DNA of 64,000 nucleotides from the human T2T-CHM13v2.0 reference genome, Homo sapiens, in NCBI RefSeq assembly GCF_009914755.1, contig NC_060936.1; one strand, 5' to 3'. Shown here in pieces: positions 14,018-29,129 of this stretch. Both the position numbers and the translations under genes were made by a program. Position 1 is the first letter of the stretch. Every line of letters begins with the position of its first letter. The notes beneath the pieces are model-generated. The model ran no database searches and was not told where the DNA came from. It saw nothing but the letters and a program-made list of their open reading frames with translations.

Positions 14018-16276
14018 GAATGAAGTTTCACTTAACAACTTTCATACAAGCTACTATATTTGTTCCTGAACAATGACTGGGGTATTGGTTAGTTAGCTCT
14101 ATTACATAAATAGTTATGATTATTTTTCTTGAGGAGAGAGGATATGAAAATCCCTTTCATCGTCTTTGAAAATATAAACACTTGTCAACAAATGTAAATA
14201 TTTAACTTTGTCCACCTTAGAAGTCAAGCTTGAAACCTACTAACATTCAGTTAACCTTGAGTTTGGTAATTAGAAATGACTCAAACAATTAAAATAATGT
14301 TCCAAAGTACATTTATGGACCACCTCCCACTTACTGTCAGTTGTTCAACTGTTCAGAAATCACTTCTCTTTCATCTACCAACCAACCCTCATATGGATTT
14401 TGTTTGTTACTCCATAATAAACAATATTTATTTCTCTATACAACCATGTAAATTTGGTTCCCTTTGGAAGATTTTCACTCATCAGTGAATTTTTAAATAA
14501 ATTTTAAAAAGCTATAGTTTTACTAAAAACATAGCATAAAATATAAAGCTTATGAAGTGATGGGGGATATTTTTTATTATAAAATAATGCAGATATTTGA
14601 CTGTTCTTTAAGCTCATCTTGGCTTTTGGTTATATCAAGTGAGATTGTATAAGACTCATAGTGGAAAATAAATCTCTATAGGCTAAGTTTCTTGGATGTT
14701 TGTAAGCATATAGAAGAACAAAGTGGATGACATCGTGTTTTATGTGTTATTATTTTTTGTGTGGATGTTTGCAACAAAGAGATGGATTCTGAAAAGTGCC
14801 AGAAATAATATTTACTAGAGTTTGGTTTAAGCAATTTAAATAAAGAAGACACAAGAATAGTAGCTGAAAAAATAAAGGAAATAAAATTATTTTACGTAAA
14901 GCATGTTGACTCTGGAAGTGATACGGAATATCATTTGACATTGCTTTACCTCACTCTTTTTCTGTATCTTCCATGTGAAATTTATTGTCTAGAATTTCTT
15001 GCCCAGAATTTCTTGGTAGTTATGACCCTTTTAGGAAATTGTTTATTTTCCTATTCTTCTTGCTGGATATACATGGCTGTTGTGAAACTATGGGGTAGTT
15101 TAAAATATAAAGCCATGTATAATACTCATGGTTTTTATACTCTTTTGTGGAAGGATGTCTCGATTTTTCATTACAAGTTTATGAAAAGTATTCTTTTCAA
15201 CAGTGTCCTTTAAAGCCTTTAAGGCTGTGGTAGACTTTTAGCAAAATTTTCTCTGCTAAATTGGATTTAATTACTTTTTGAATTGATATATAATTTAATA
15301 AATGTTTATAGAGTAACAGCTTTAATAAAAGTAGTATTCAGGACCCGAATATAGAAGAGTTCAAGTCTTACTTCCATTAGTCTTACTTTTAGAGAATTTT
15401 TACATGGTTTAAAGGATATGATATTTAAGACATTAATACTTATTTTTATTTATATAGATTTAGTGTATCACATTAATATGTAAATTAGAATTTATGTGGA
15501 CTTACCTGTAGCAATCAATATTTTAAAGCATTTTTCAAAAGGCCACAATGATAATATACATAGGAACATAATGTAGTATCTATGGGTTAGAACCAAGATA
15601 ATTAATGCAGAAAAATTCCTAGTGACAAATTTATCTTCATTTGCTGGAGGTGTGAGTCATAAATCATGATTTATGATGCCTTTCTATTGATTTCAAAGTT
15701 CTTTCCAAGTAAATAGTTTAAATCTCAACTTGCTATACTTTTCTGGGTATTTGGCCAGAAAATGTTCTTATATTTTTCTCTGTAGACTAATAAACATTTC
15801 TTAGGGCACATTGTTTCAGTTCAGTGAAAGTGTTTCTGTTTTATTCTCTTTGTTTAAAGTAAATTGGCATAATTCTACATATTTCCACAACATTTATTTT
15901 ATACATTAATAATTTTTAATTTGATTTTGCTATTTTGAAAAAAACTCCAGATGTTTTTCCTCAAGTTGAATAGCTTTCATTTAAACAGAAATTTGGATTT
16001 AAAGGTTAACAAGTGAAATATACAGGAGAAAAAATAAAACATGGACCAAGAGGAAAGAATAGAGTAAGAAATTCTGCTCTCCTGCTCTCTCAGCTCCCTC
16101 TCCACCTTTGAGTGTATGTATCTATAGGTGCATGGGTCATGTGCTATATGTGAGCTTGAGTGTGTGTGTGTGCACAAGTGTGCATGCATGTGTGTCCTGC
16201 TCAAGTGGCACCTAGAGTTCTAATTATTAAGAGTTTACCTCAGGAATCAGACTGCCAGGACCTGGATCTGTATTAA

Positions 16277-16478
16277 AGTAAAGGTGGGATTCAGATTTTA
16301 AGTTTCTTAAATTCATTACAGGGTATTATTTGGCTTATTTGGAGTGATAAAGACTTGATTAACCAAGTAATCAATTCTTTAAAATTTAAATATATTTGAT
16401 ATGAAAATTAGATTTTATCTATGTCAGTATTTTTTTGATGGACTTTATGTGGGTAAAGATTCAATATCTTGCTATATT
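16277..16478 (+). repeat. Copy 1 of a ~200-bp local direct duplication (partner 18095-18633)
   Basis: agtaaaggtggga(t/c)tcagattttaagtttcttaaattcattaca ... atcttgctatatt occurs twice. Confidence 0.92.
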
Positions 16479-18094
16479 CCGAAATATTAAGCATCTTATT
16501 TGCATTTATTTAATATATGAAATAAAACTAGTTCATTCAGTATTTCTTAATTTTCTTTTTATTTTGAAAAAGGTAGATAAAAATTCTCCTCTCCAGCCAA
16601 AAGGGGAAATATGAGAAGTGTTTTAATATAAAATGCTAAAAAAAATCGTATATAAATGTTGGTATCACAGTTATTTTCCACAGGTATTCATTGGGAGATG
16701 AAGGAAATCCTATTTCTTATTCTAAGAAACAATGTAAAAATAAATCCTACAATTTTAAAATTCATAAAATTCATTTTCATCCTAGGCTATTTCTGTGAAC
16801 CTTACTTTTTCATATGTTGCATTTTGACAATTAGAGTTCTAGTTGGCAGGAAAGCTAAAAGAAAATTCTATTTCAACCCTAAGCAGTACCTAGCACATAC
16901 CAGACAACAACACTCAGTAAATGAATGCATGATTTTCCTAAGAATACCTGGAAAAACATTACAGTAAAAAAAAAATAAAATGAAACTTAATTTTTCGTAT
17001 GTACTGACCTGGTTATATACAAGGTGTTAGGATGATAGTACATGTAAAGGATAAATTTTTTTATTTGCTAAAAGCTTTTTTAAAAGACGTGATTTTTCTT
17101 AAAATACATACTTTTATCTTAATTTTTGAACAGATTATTAAATGATTTTCCTTCCTGTTATCAAATAGTTGATGAATTTTACCAACTCACAGATAGTGGT
17201 TATTAAATCACATGAATAGTTTATGTAGTATACAATTAAAACATGTAAAAAGAAGAAAATTGAATGTGAAAGTAGAGGTAAGAGATTACATAGATAGATG
17301 ATAGAGGTGGCAAAACCAGTGGTGATAAATCTTTCTGAATTAAAAAAAAATATATTGGGAACTTGAAAGTTTATGATCTCTGCAGATGATCATATGCCCT
17401 TTTGCTTTTGATTTTATAGGAGCAAATCAAGAATGTGTCCACTTTCAAAGATGAACGTGCTCCTACAGGATTCACAAGTTAAACTGTGAAATCCCCGGGT
17501 ACACGTTTTCTGAACGGCTTGGCTGTTCCCTTGCAGCCCCTTTCCAAGGTTCCCGTGACCCCTACCACACACATTGCTTTTGGAACCCTCTTACCATAGA
17601 GGACATTTGCCTTCCAGGGTATCTTTTCCAGGAAACATTATTTCCTTCTGGGAGATTCACTCTGAAACTGGGACAGTTTACAGCTTTTTGGCCAAAGGTT
17701 ATAAATCTTGAGAAGTATATAAGGAAGTTTAATTTAAGATGACAGGAAGGCTTTAGTAATTTAAGCCCTTGTGAACCTGGCTTCAATTAGTTGCCTAACT
17801 CAGTTCTGTGTTGTGGCCATAGTGTGCTCTTTAAAAAAAAAGTCAGTTAATCGATTAAACTTTAAATAAAACAAAAACAGAAAAGAAGAGGGATATTTAT
17901 AAAATCATTACTTAAAGCAGGATTCTTTTATCTCTAGAGAGAAATAATTGAAGAGAAAGAAGTTATTCTTAACTGACTGCATTTGGAAACCAAGAGTATG
18001 TAATATTAAGAGAAAGTTTGTGTGTGCACGTGCACACACTTTTGTTACGTTCTAACACTGGTGTTTCGGTTGTTATAGATGAAGATTATATTAT

Positions 18095-18633
<539 letters not shown>

Positions 18634-18639
18634 GGTTAT

Positions 18640-18860
18640 TTCAGAGTCAAGCAAGTATGGGTTGGAGTCCTGCTTGCCAATTCCCAGCGCAGTGGCATGG
18701 TCAAGTGATTTTAACCTGCTCAAATTCCAGTGTTCTTCCTCTAATATTGGAATGGTGTCAACTTTCTCATAAGGGTTTTGAAGAGACCAGATGAAATGGT
18801 TTATGTATAAAATGCTTACTTAGCATAACACAGCATATAATAGACACTCAAACCAGCTAT
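18640..18860 (+). mobile_element. MIR
   Basis: tggtcaagtgattttaacctgctcaaattccagtgttcttcctctaatattggaatg ... ctcataagggttttgaagaga resembles the MIR core. Confidence 0.65.
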
Positions 18861-19235
18861 TTCCATCTTCCCTTCTTTCACTTGAAGATCATATCACATG
18901 TGTAATAAAATACGTTGACCCACATTAAAAACCTTAAGTCAACCTCATTACTGTTCTCCCTTTTCTCTCTTTCTCTAATCAAGTCTGCCCATTCCACTAA
19001 GTTTAATTAAATATATGAAAATAATTTAAAGTAATAATATTTCCAATAAAATAGCTTAATAATGCTCAGTCCTTTGTATGCCCAGTCTAAATAAGCAGAA
19101 TAACCCCTTTAATTAGTTTAGATTTTTTTAATTAGTTACTTCCATATAGCTAAATAGAATGCTCCTACCACTAGTTTCTATTCATCAATTTGACCATTTT
19201 CATTGGATTCACACATCTCTATTTCTCTCCACCCT

Positions 19236-21330
19236 CATTAATTGATTCTACAAACTTTTATTAAGCACGTAGTATGTTCTAGACAATCTTCTAGTCACTG
19301 GAGATATGCAGAAGACAAAAGAGATTAAAAAATCTTTGCTTTCTTGAAGCTTTCATTCTAGTAATTGGAGATAACACAAACTTAATTAAAATATTTACCA
19401 GTAATTTGACAGCTGATGACGGAGAAAAATAAATCAGAAAAAGGCAAATCAGATGTGTGGGAACAATTTTTTGCTAATTTAAATTTAATGAGGACCGAGG
19501 AAAGTCCTCATTCAGATGATGAGACTAAACAAAGAAAATGACAGAATGTTGTCGGTGAATATCTCAGGGCAGTGTTTCAGGCTGAGAGAAGAAATGCTCT
19601 TAGACCTTGAATTAAGAGCCTGTCTGCTTCTCTTCAAGAAGAGAAAACATCTATCCCAGTTGCGCTGGATCAGAGGGAAAGAGGCAGAAGAAGAGTAGAT
19701 ATAATTCAAAGAAACATAAGAATAAGTATGGCCCTGTTGCCATTGTAAAGACTTTGACTTTTATTCCTGGAGAGAGGGGAAGATACTATGTGCCATGAGG
19801 AACATAAACAGGCACATAAATGAAGTGGTCATATTGGCTGCTGTGTTGAAAATAGAGTGTAGTAGGGAAAAGGTGGTAGCAAGAAGTCATGGAAAAAGCT
19901 TGGGCTATCATGTTGAAAGTGCAGAGAGGAAGTTAAATGCCAAATGTGTTTTGAAGGTAGTGTCAGAAGAAACTGATAGACTTGTAATGAAATTGGTAAA
20001 CAGAAAGGAAACTCTAGCATGGATAAGGAGGCTATAAAGGTGAGACTGTACGTTATCGATGTAGTATTAGCTGTTGGAAAGATGGCGTTTCCATTTGCTG
20101 AAATGAAGAAAAAAATATGAGGAAAGGTTTCGTAGGGAGAAGGTCAGATATTCACTTATTGCCATGTGAGCTTTGAAATATATATGAGATATATCCAAAA
20201 TACTGAGGAGGCCATTGGAATTGCAAAACTGGGGTTTAAGGGACAGATGGAGCCTATAGATAAAAATCATGGAAAAATAAGCAGATAGCAACAATAAAAA
20301 GCTATGAGGCTAGACATGATTAAGTCACCAAAATCTGTACATAGTTGAAGAAGAGAACTGAGGCCTTGGATCAGGAGCTTACCAATATTTAGAGATCAAG
20401 GAGATGGCAAGACCTGATAGAGGAGACCAAAAAGAGTTAGCCTGTAACGTAGGAAGAAAAGTAGAACTTGATGTCCTGGAAAGCAGGTGCAGAAAGCGTT
20501 CAATGGAGAGACAGATCAATAGTCATAACTTATATGGAGCCCTTTCTGAACCATTCTAAATAGTTTATACATACATTTACTGTCTCAATCCTCACGGCAA
20601 TCCTATGATGTGTATACTGTATTCTTTCTTTCTTTCTTTCTTTCTTTCTTTTTTTTTTTTTTTTTTTTTTTTTTGAGACGGAGTCTTACTCTGTCACCAG
20701 GCTGGAGTGCAGAGGCGTGATCTCAGCTTGGCTCACTGCAACCTCCCCCTCCCGGGTTCAAGTGATTCTCCTGCCTCAGCCTCCCGAGTAGCTGGGACTA
20801 CAGGCACACGCCACCACATCTGGCTAATTTTTGTATTTTTAGTAGAGACAGGGTTTCACCATGTTGGCAAGGATGGTCTCGATCTTGACCTCATGATCTG
20901 CCTGCCTCGGCCTCCCAAAGTTCTGGGATTACAGGCGTGAGCCACCACACCCGGCCTGTACTGTATTCTCAATATTAATTTTGACATAAGGAAACAGAAA
21001 ATGGAAAGATCAATTAAATTGCACAGTTTCACAGAGACTAGGCTGTATATTGGATCAAGGCAATCTAGTACAGAGTTTGTGTTTCTATCCATTATTTACA
21101 GAATGTCAACTACATGAAATGTTGCATGTAAGTAGGATGAGGACTGATAACTGACTTACCGCTTTTGCACTGGAGACTTTGATGAGAGCTCTTTCAGTGA
21201 AGTAGTTGCTATGATAACTTGATTGGAATCTGTACAAAAGAGAATGAGAGGGAGGAATTACAGAGAGAGATGTACAATTTGTATGTGTCAATTAAAAAAA
21301 GAGATAGCAAATATAGGCAGGTCTTTCTAG
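19236..21330 (-). mobile_element. Fragmented L2, interrupted by a MIR and an Alu at about 20.55-21.1 kb
   Basis: L2 3' end (ttttattaagcacgtagtatgttctagac) followed by purine-rich L2 body; resumes at about 21105 (aggatgaggactgataactgac). Confidence 0.7.
20626..20956 (-). mobile_element. AluSc-like, inserted in a MIR
   Basis: ctgtcaccaggctgg and ggatggtctcgatc diagnostics; TSD tactgtattct; (CTTT)n/poly-T tail. Confidence 0.92.
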
Positions 21331-21661
21331 GAGTGTTACTAACATAGTTACACTCCACTATCTTTAGTTCTTTTATTGGTTAACTTTGTACCTTTATATA
21401 ATGGAATAACATCTTTATTTCTTTTTCAATCACCTGTAGAGTATCTTTTGGTATTCGATTTTGTAAAACCTGGATATTAAAACTACGGTTTGGTTCTCCT
21501 CCATCCACTAACAATTTCCAATCTCTGTTATCGGCACTTTTATTTTTTTGTTACCAATGTTCATATGATTAATCTATTTTGTACAGGTAGCTGATTCTTC
21601 CATGCTTTTAGTATAGGTTGATTCCAAAAGTTGAAAATCAATAAGAGTGTTTAGATAGGAG

Positions 21662-21680
21662 ATATATATATACACACACA

Positions 21681-21721
<41 letters not shown>
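21662..21721. repeat. Compound (TA)n(CA)n(CG)n(CA)n microsatellite
   Basis: 60 bp of uninterrupted purine-pyrimidine alternation. Confidence 0.95.
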
Positions 21722-23060
21722 TCTCTTCAGAATCAAGTAATATACTCTGATTCTTCCCTAGTTAAGGCCTATCTGAAAATCTGAAAGTCTGGTAAAAGTT
21801 GATACTTGTTTGAATTGATGCATAAAATAGTAGATAATTTGAATTAGGGCCAGAGCTCATTTTATGATAGTTTGGGGAGATCAGTCCAAGTAAACAAAGG
21901 ATCACTGTATGCCAGTGCCTTTGTTACGGGATTATCCAGTTATTATAGTTTAAAATGCTTTTTATGTTCAGATCGTTGGTTTTGGTTTAGTTTTGTTTGT
22001 AAAAAAAAAATTCTTAGTTTTACTTTTCTTAACTAAGTCAGAATCAGTTAAACTTGATTTTCTAGGTATAAAATAAAAACGTCATAATTGTCTTTTATCT
22101 TTCCAAAAGAACTGTGAGAATATAAATACATTTGAAAGTATGAGATTAACTCTTAATTTAAGAACTTAAGACACACTTTTTGCCATAAATATGTAGATAA
22201 CAACAATGGTGAGCCATTATTTGTCCTATGAAATATTTTTTAAGATGTGAAGTGTTATTATAATACAGCTGTGACTCATGATAACTAATTTGTGATTAAT
22301 TTATTTAAAATTTTATAACAGGACATTTTGACGGCCTAGTTAGATATTTTCTATCAAACACTAGAAATTTGATTCTAACCACAGGTACTACGTATTTGAC
22401 ATGTATGAGCCACTTTCTTCTCAAATAGAGCACTGATTATATATGTAATTATTTCATTTGCCATTTTATACTATATGAAATTATTTATTAATCTTTTCTA
22501 CTAAAGACTAACATCAAAAAGTTAACATTTATTAAAAATTTTCAAAAATTTTCAAAACTTATTAAAGTCAATAGCTATTGAATTTATTCATCTGTTTTCT
22601 ACTAAAAACTAACCTCATCTCAATTTTTTGAGGTTAGTCTTTATAAAAAAGCAGATTAATAAAGTCAATATTTATAATTTTGAATAAATTTTTAAAATTA
22701 TAATTAATAAAGTCAGTAACTATTAACTTTTCATAATCCCTTTTCTATGCTTCTACTTCTGACCATCCCAAATGCCCCTGTCTTTCTGATTGATCTCTCA
22801 GTCTAATAAGATATAAAACAAAATAACGATTGACTGTATTCATTACAATTTTCAATATGGAGTAAAATTACATCTCAATACATTCAGAGCTTCAGCCTCA
22901 AAATGTTGAGGTTAGTTTTCACTAGAAAACATATCAATAATTATGGACCTTTTTTCCATTATAAGTCAGTAATTTTTCAAATTACTTATAATTTTTCAAA
23001 TTTCAAATTTGAAAAATTACTGACATAATAAAAACTGCAACTGTCTCAAAAATCATAATT

Positions 23061-23426
<366 letters not shown>

Positions 23427-23780
23427 TTATTTTTCTGTAGCCAAGTCTACATGGAAAATCAGGAGATAACTTGGTGAGCATGGAATTAGATTTAGGGGAT
23501 TTGCATGTTTCAGTAACTTATCTTGCTTATGAGACTTTAACCATTAGTCAAGGGCACACTTTCAACATACACCTCTTTATGTGCCCTTTTCTATGCTTCT
23601 ACTTCTGACCACCCCAAGTGCCTCCCTCTTTCTGACTGATCTCTCAGTCTCATAAGATGTGAAACGAAAAAAAAAAAAGAAAAAAAAAAAAAAGCCTTCT
23701 CTTTCTGCTGTGTGGCAGGCTCTAGAACAACGCTCACCCATCAGAGATGTTTTGTGACCCCAGTCACTGCTTACTAATAT

Positions 23781-24266
23781 TGTTACTGAAATGCCAGAGA
23801 TTTGGTCTAGGTCCTGCTGTGTGCTACACAGAAAGCCACTTACTGAGAGAACGAGTATTGCCAGAGAAAAAGGCTTTAACTGGGTGCTGCAGCTGAGGAG
23901 AAGGGATACCAGTCTCAAATCCAACTAAAATTAGGGGTTTATATGGCAAGGAAGAAATGTAACTATGTGTGGGAAAACAGGAATGAGGGAGGGATAAGGA
24001 AGAGGAGTTGGTCAACAGGAAGCAGGTGGTCAGTTAAGCAATCATGACAGATGAGGGGCTTGGCGTCTTATTGTCCAGATATAATTATCTGATAAGTTTC
24101 AGTTCCTTGACACTATTTGGGTTGCCTGATGGTTGGTTTCCCAAGAAAAAAACCCAGATAAGACAACCGTAAGTTTCTCAAGTTTTAAGACTGGAGGGGT
24201 CAATTTCTATGTTTATTCAAAAGAAACCATAAACGTCAGTTCTATGGGACAATTGGGCTGGTTTGA
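23781..24266 (-). mobile_element. ERV1-class solo LTR, MER66-like
   Basis: Termini tgttactgaa ... gggctggtttga. The body matches the MER66 consensus as I recall it. Flanks atat/ttat are consistent with a decayed 4-bp TSD. Confidence 0.8.
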
Positions 24267-26559
24267 TTATGATTGTATTGATGATTATATTTTCTTTGCA
24301 TTAAATGGAGAGCAGCCCAATTATAAGGACTTGATAGACTAGATTTTCTCACAAATCTTCACATACTTTATAGATATTCATCTTTTAAATGTAATAAAAG
24401 TTATTTTCCTGAACATATGTATTAAGAAATAATTTAACATATTTTATGATGACTACAATGCTTTTTAAGTATTTAGAAGTATTAAATAATCTGATTTTTC
24501 ACTGATCTGTGTGGTCTTTGCCTAAGTTGGTTTAAATTTTTAGTTTGACAAAATAACTTTTTCTACCAGTATTCAAGTTCCAATTTTTTTAAGGTGGTTG
24601 CATTCAAATGAACTTTTGGAATGAAGCTCTGAATGTATTGAGATGTAATTTTACTCCAAACTAAAAATTGAAAATGGGAAACATCCACAGAACAGCATTG
24701 TAGCGTAGTACTTTGAGCTATGTGTAAGTAACAGCATTGTGGAAAATCTAATTTATGGTGATATTGTAAAAGAAATATGAGCCTCATTTCCTGAATTCTC
24801 CTTTATCTTGAAGTTTGACATTCCTAAAAGAGCAAGAGACTTTGATGCTGTAATATCTTACACAGGCCTCTCCCTCTTTAGTTACTGTTTTGAGATCCCA
24901 CAAAAGCAGACCATGCAGGTGGCCTTATTAACTGCCTGTGGAAATTTAAGATAAGACAGAGGTTATAACATATTTTCATACCGTATTTCACTAAAAGGAT
25001 AAGTTATCACAGTAACCTGTCCCAAATGCAATTCAGATGATATTTCAGCCACCCGGTTACTAAAAAGAAACACATGTGGATAAAAGCTGTTTCTGACTTA
25101 TTTATGGATTAGGCAATAACTGTTTTCAGTGAACTCTTAGCAAAAGGAGAACGTATTTTATGATATACTCTGCAGTGAGGACACTTTTTGCAAAATGCCT
25201 TTAATATTTTTTAAGGACCACATATAGTTTTGAGGTACTAAAGATATATTTGCAGAAGTGGCTAAATATCTCTCTCTTTCTTAGTGCTAATAGCATGTTA
25301 GTTATCATTTTATAGCAGTTCACAAGGATCCTGCAGAAGTCTTTATACTAAAGAAAGAATTTGGTTTAAGGAGCTCTTTAAATCTTAATTCTGAATATAT
25401 GGTTTCATTTCTATCCCAAGCAATCATAGGACACATAAAGAAATTTATTTCCATCTATCTCAGTCTTAAAAACCCTTAGTGAATGTATTTAACTGTCTTT
25501 AAAGTTTGTTCTTTTGTCTAAAATTCCTTAGCATTAAACTTTAAAAAATATATTTAATTATAGTATATCTTGGGTACTTTATTCCCGATTTTTTTTCTCA
25601 AGCCATTTTCAGTGAATTTGAAAGGAAATAATTTCTGTCTTTTTAACATAATACTGTATTATAGAAGAAAAAATTGGGAGGTAAAAATTGCCTACTAAAA
25701 CTCAAACCCAAGAAATGCCTTATTTTATACTCTGAGTTTTGTTTCTTTATATTCCTCTTTGTTTCCTTGTGAATGGTGCTTTTAGAAGAAACAAATGTGA
25801 TATCATAATTAGGCATGCTTTTTTCTTTCTTTGGGAATCAAGAGTACTACATGTCTCACTATATACGGATTCTGAATAGGGATTTCTTCTCTTGTGATAT
25901 GTTTATGTGACTCCAAGACTGAGGGTAAATAGATAGGGCCAGAAACAAGGATGATTCTAAAATGATTTTCTATAAAATTTCTTAATATAGATGAAGAGTT
26001 ATAAAAACTGATGTAATGTCAAAGATTGTCTTTACATTCTGTTTTGCTTTGATAAATATAGTTTATTCAACTACTTTTATATCAAATACATCTATTTAAA
26101 AATTACTGTTTTCTACTTGATTTTTATGTTTTGATGAACCAGCCACTGTCTACTTGGGCAGAGTCAATGCATAACATATGGCTTAATGAAAGATGATTTG
26201 TTGCTATTGATCCTTTATATGTTACATTAGAGCCGTGTGTTCTTTTCCACTGGTGATTTGAAAGTTCATATGTGACCTTTCCACAAATAAATTGGCCCTC
26301 ACCATGAGCCAAGAGATACATCAGATATGTGGCTAAGATAAAGTGATGTTCCTCTTCAAATCACCCACAATCTTATAGAGTACCTAAATATTTAAGCAGA
26401 TGGCTTAATAGACATGTTAATTAATTCAACAAAGCACAAGTTGCTCAGTGATCAAAGTTAGAGGGAAGGGCACATATGAAGGGACTGACGAAGGAAATGC
26501 CATTTCACATTCAGGAAATGAGTTATTTGGCTGAGGAGAAAGTTAAAGTAGAAATGGGT

Positions 26560-27015
26560 TCTGGGTATCTATTGCTGCTTTACAAAAGCATCCCACAATC
26601 TAATGGCACAAAACAGTAACCATTTTACGATGCTCATGGATTTTGTAAGCCAAAGAATCAGACGAGGCATAAAGAGAATGGCTTGTCCTTGTTCCACTAT
26701 GTCCAGGGCAGGCAATGGAGAAGGATGGAATGGCGGGGATGTCACAAACTGGTGAGAGACAGAATATCTGTGGTTAAAGAATCCACTTCCAAGATGACTT
26801 CTTCACTCACAGGTCTAGCAGCTTAACTGAAATTCACACGGCCACTCCAGCATGGCAGCCTTAGTGGTATCATACTTCTCACATGGTAGCTCTAGTGGTT
26901 AAAGCAGCTTCAAGCCCACTCAGACTCTAAGAGATGGGTGGATAGCACAAAGATCTCACTTCTCAATGGAAGGATGATCAATGAATTTATCGTATCCCTG
27001 TGTTAAAATTGTCAT
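26560..27015 (-). mobile_element. Old MLT1-family (ERVL-MaLR) LTR
   Basis: tatctattgctgctttacaaaagcatcccacaatctaatggcacaaaacagtaaccatttta ... aatccacttccaagatgacttcttcactcaca. Confidence 0.7.
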
Positions 27016-27039
27016 AGCATATAATGAGAGAGAAGACTG

Positions 27040-27720
27040 GAGAAATAGGCAGAGGTCAGTTTGTGGAAGTTGTGAACTCTATGCCTAGGAGCTGGGACTT
27101 ATTTGCTAAATGTAAAGTAAAATTGCTTTGAGAAATTTTTACCAGAGGAAAAATGAGACTATTTATAACTTAGAAATATTGCCCTGGTGACAGGGTAGAG
27201 AAAGATGTGCTTTGGGCAGGGGAATAGGGATGGACCCTGCTCTGGTGGCAAGAGAATGAACAGTTTAATGCTTGCAGATCTGAAAGTTGGACTGGAACAA
27301 TGAATTTGGTGACTGATTGGAAGTAAGGGTAAAAGACAATCATCACGTCTCTACTTTCATTGATGAATTGAAATATCATGTATTTCAGTAAGACAGAAAA
27401 TATAATATGATAGTGGAAACAGATGGGAGGAAGGAGGCAGAGAGAAAAAAAGTTTAGCTTTGGCCTTCGTAGGTTTAAGATTTTAATGGAACTTTGGTGA
27501 CTAGTATGTGGCTCCGGAGCCTAGGAGAGAAGCCAGAGCCAGAGATATGGACCTGGGAACATTAGCTTAGCTATGTTTTATTGATTGAAACAATAGAAAT
27601 GGAAGAAATAGCTCAGGAAAAAAGTATAAAAGTAGGGGAAAGAAAGGAGAGCTCAACACAAAACTCTGGGGACCACAAACAATTACAGGTGAAGTGAGGA
27701 AACAAGGAGAATGAGAGAAT
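27040..27720 (-). mobile_element. L2 fragment
   Basis: tgaatttggtgactgattggaagtaaggg and ggagcctaggagagaagccagagccagagatatggacctggga are typical of L2. Confidence 0.6.
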
Positions 27721-28695
27721 GTTCTTTTTGTTTTGCAATGTACTGAGTTATGGTAACTTTTTGCTAAGTTCTTAAGTGTAAATTGTTTTTCTATTGAGAA
27801 GTACTTCGTCTTCTGAGACATTTTGTTCTTGTCTTTCAAATTATTCCTGGAATCTAGATACAAATGAAATACAAAACTCTGGTTGAAATATTAAATTAAC
27901 TATATTGAACATATATTCATCTAATCACTGCAACACAAAACAAAACACTAAGTCCTGAACTTAAGACACTTTTGGATTCTGTGCAGTGTTGAGATTTATG
28001 TTTTGAAAGGCTCACCCTGTGTGTGTTGTTTTGGGAATGCTGGTTCTTTGGTGTCTTATTGGGACAGTTTCTAATGATTTCTTACTGGGCTAAGTCCTGT
28101 GGGACTTATGTTGTTGACTTTGGGAAACAAGAATAATGAATAATATCCATAAAATTTTGAAGGAGAATAAGACCTAATTGTATTTGATTTCAAGGAATCA
28201 CAGTCCCAAAGTAATTTTAAACTGAGAGACCAAGAGCCACAGTTAAAAGCTCAGCCATTGTCCTGAAAGAGCCATGCTTATGTGCTTTCAAGTAAGAATA
28301 ACGTAACATCAAAAGTGGTAAGTGAGAACCAAGGGATGTGGTATTAGGAAGACTTCCAAGTGCAGGTGTGCAGGGTAATAGCGGCTAAAATTCACACAGG
28401 ATTCATTAGAATATTTACAGTGCCTCCAGAGACTGTCAAGTATGCATTTTTTTTTTTTTTTTACCTGTTATAGCACTTATCTTTACCAGACACCCTTCTA
28501 AGTGATCTGCAATTTGGTCCTCATAAAAGCCTTTAGGTAGATGTCATCCTCATTTAACAGGTGAGAAACTAGGCACAGAAAGCAGTTGAGCTGAGATGTG
28601 GGTAGGGCAGCTGGCTGTAGATTCCTTGCTATTAACCAATGTATTCGATGTTTACTACTGGCATTTCAACATATTAATTCACAGAAGATAAATAA

Positions 28696-29129
<434 letters not shown>

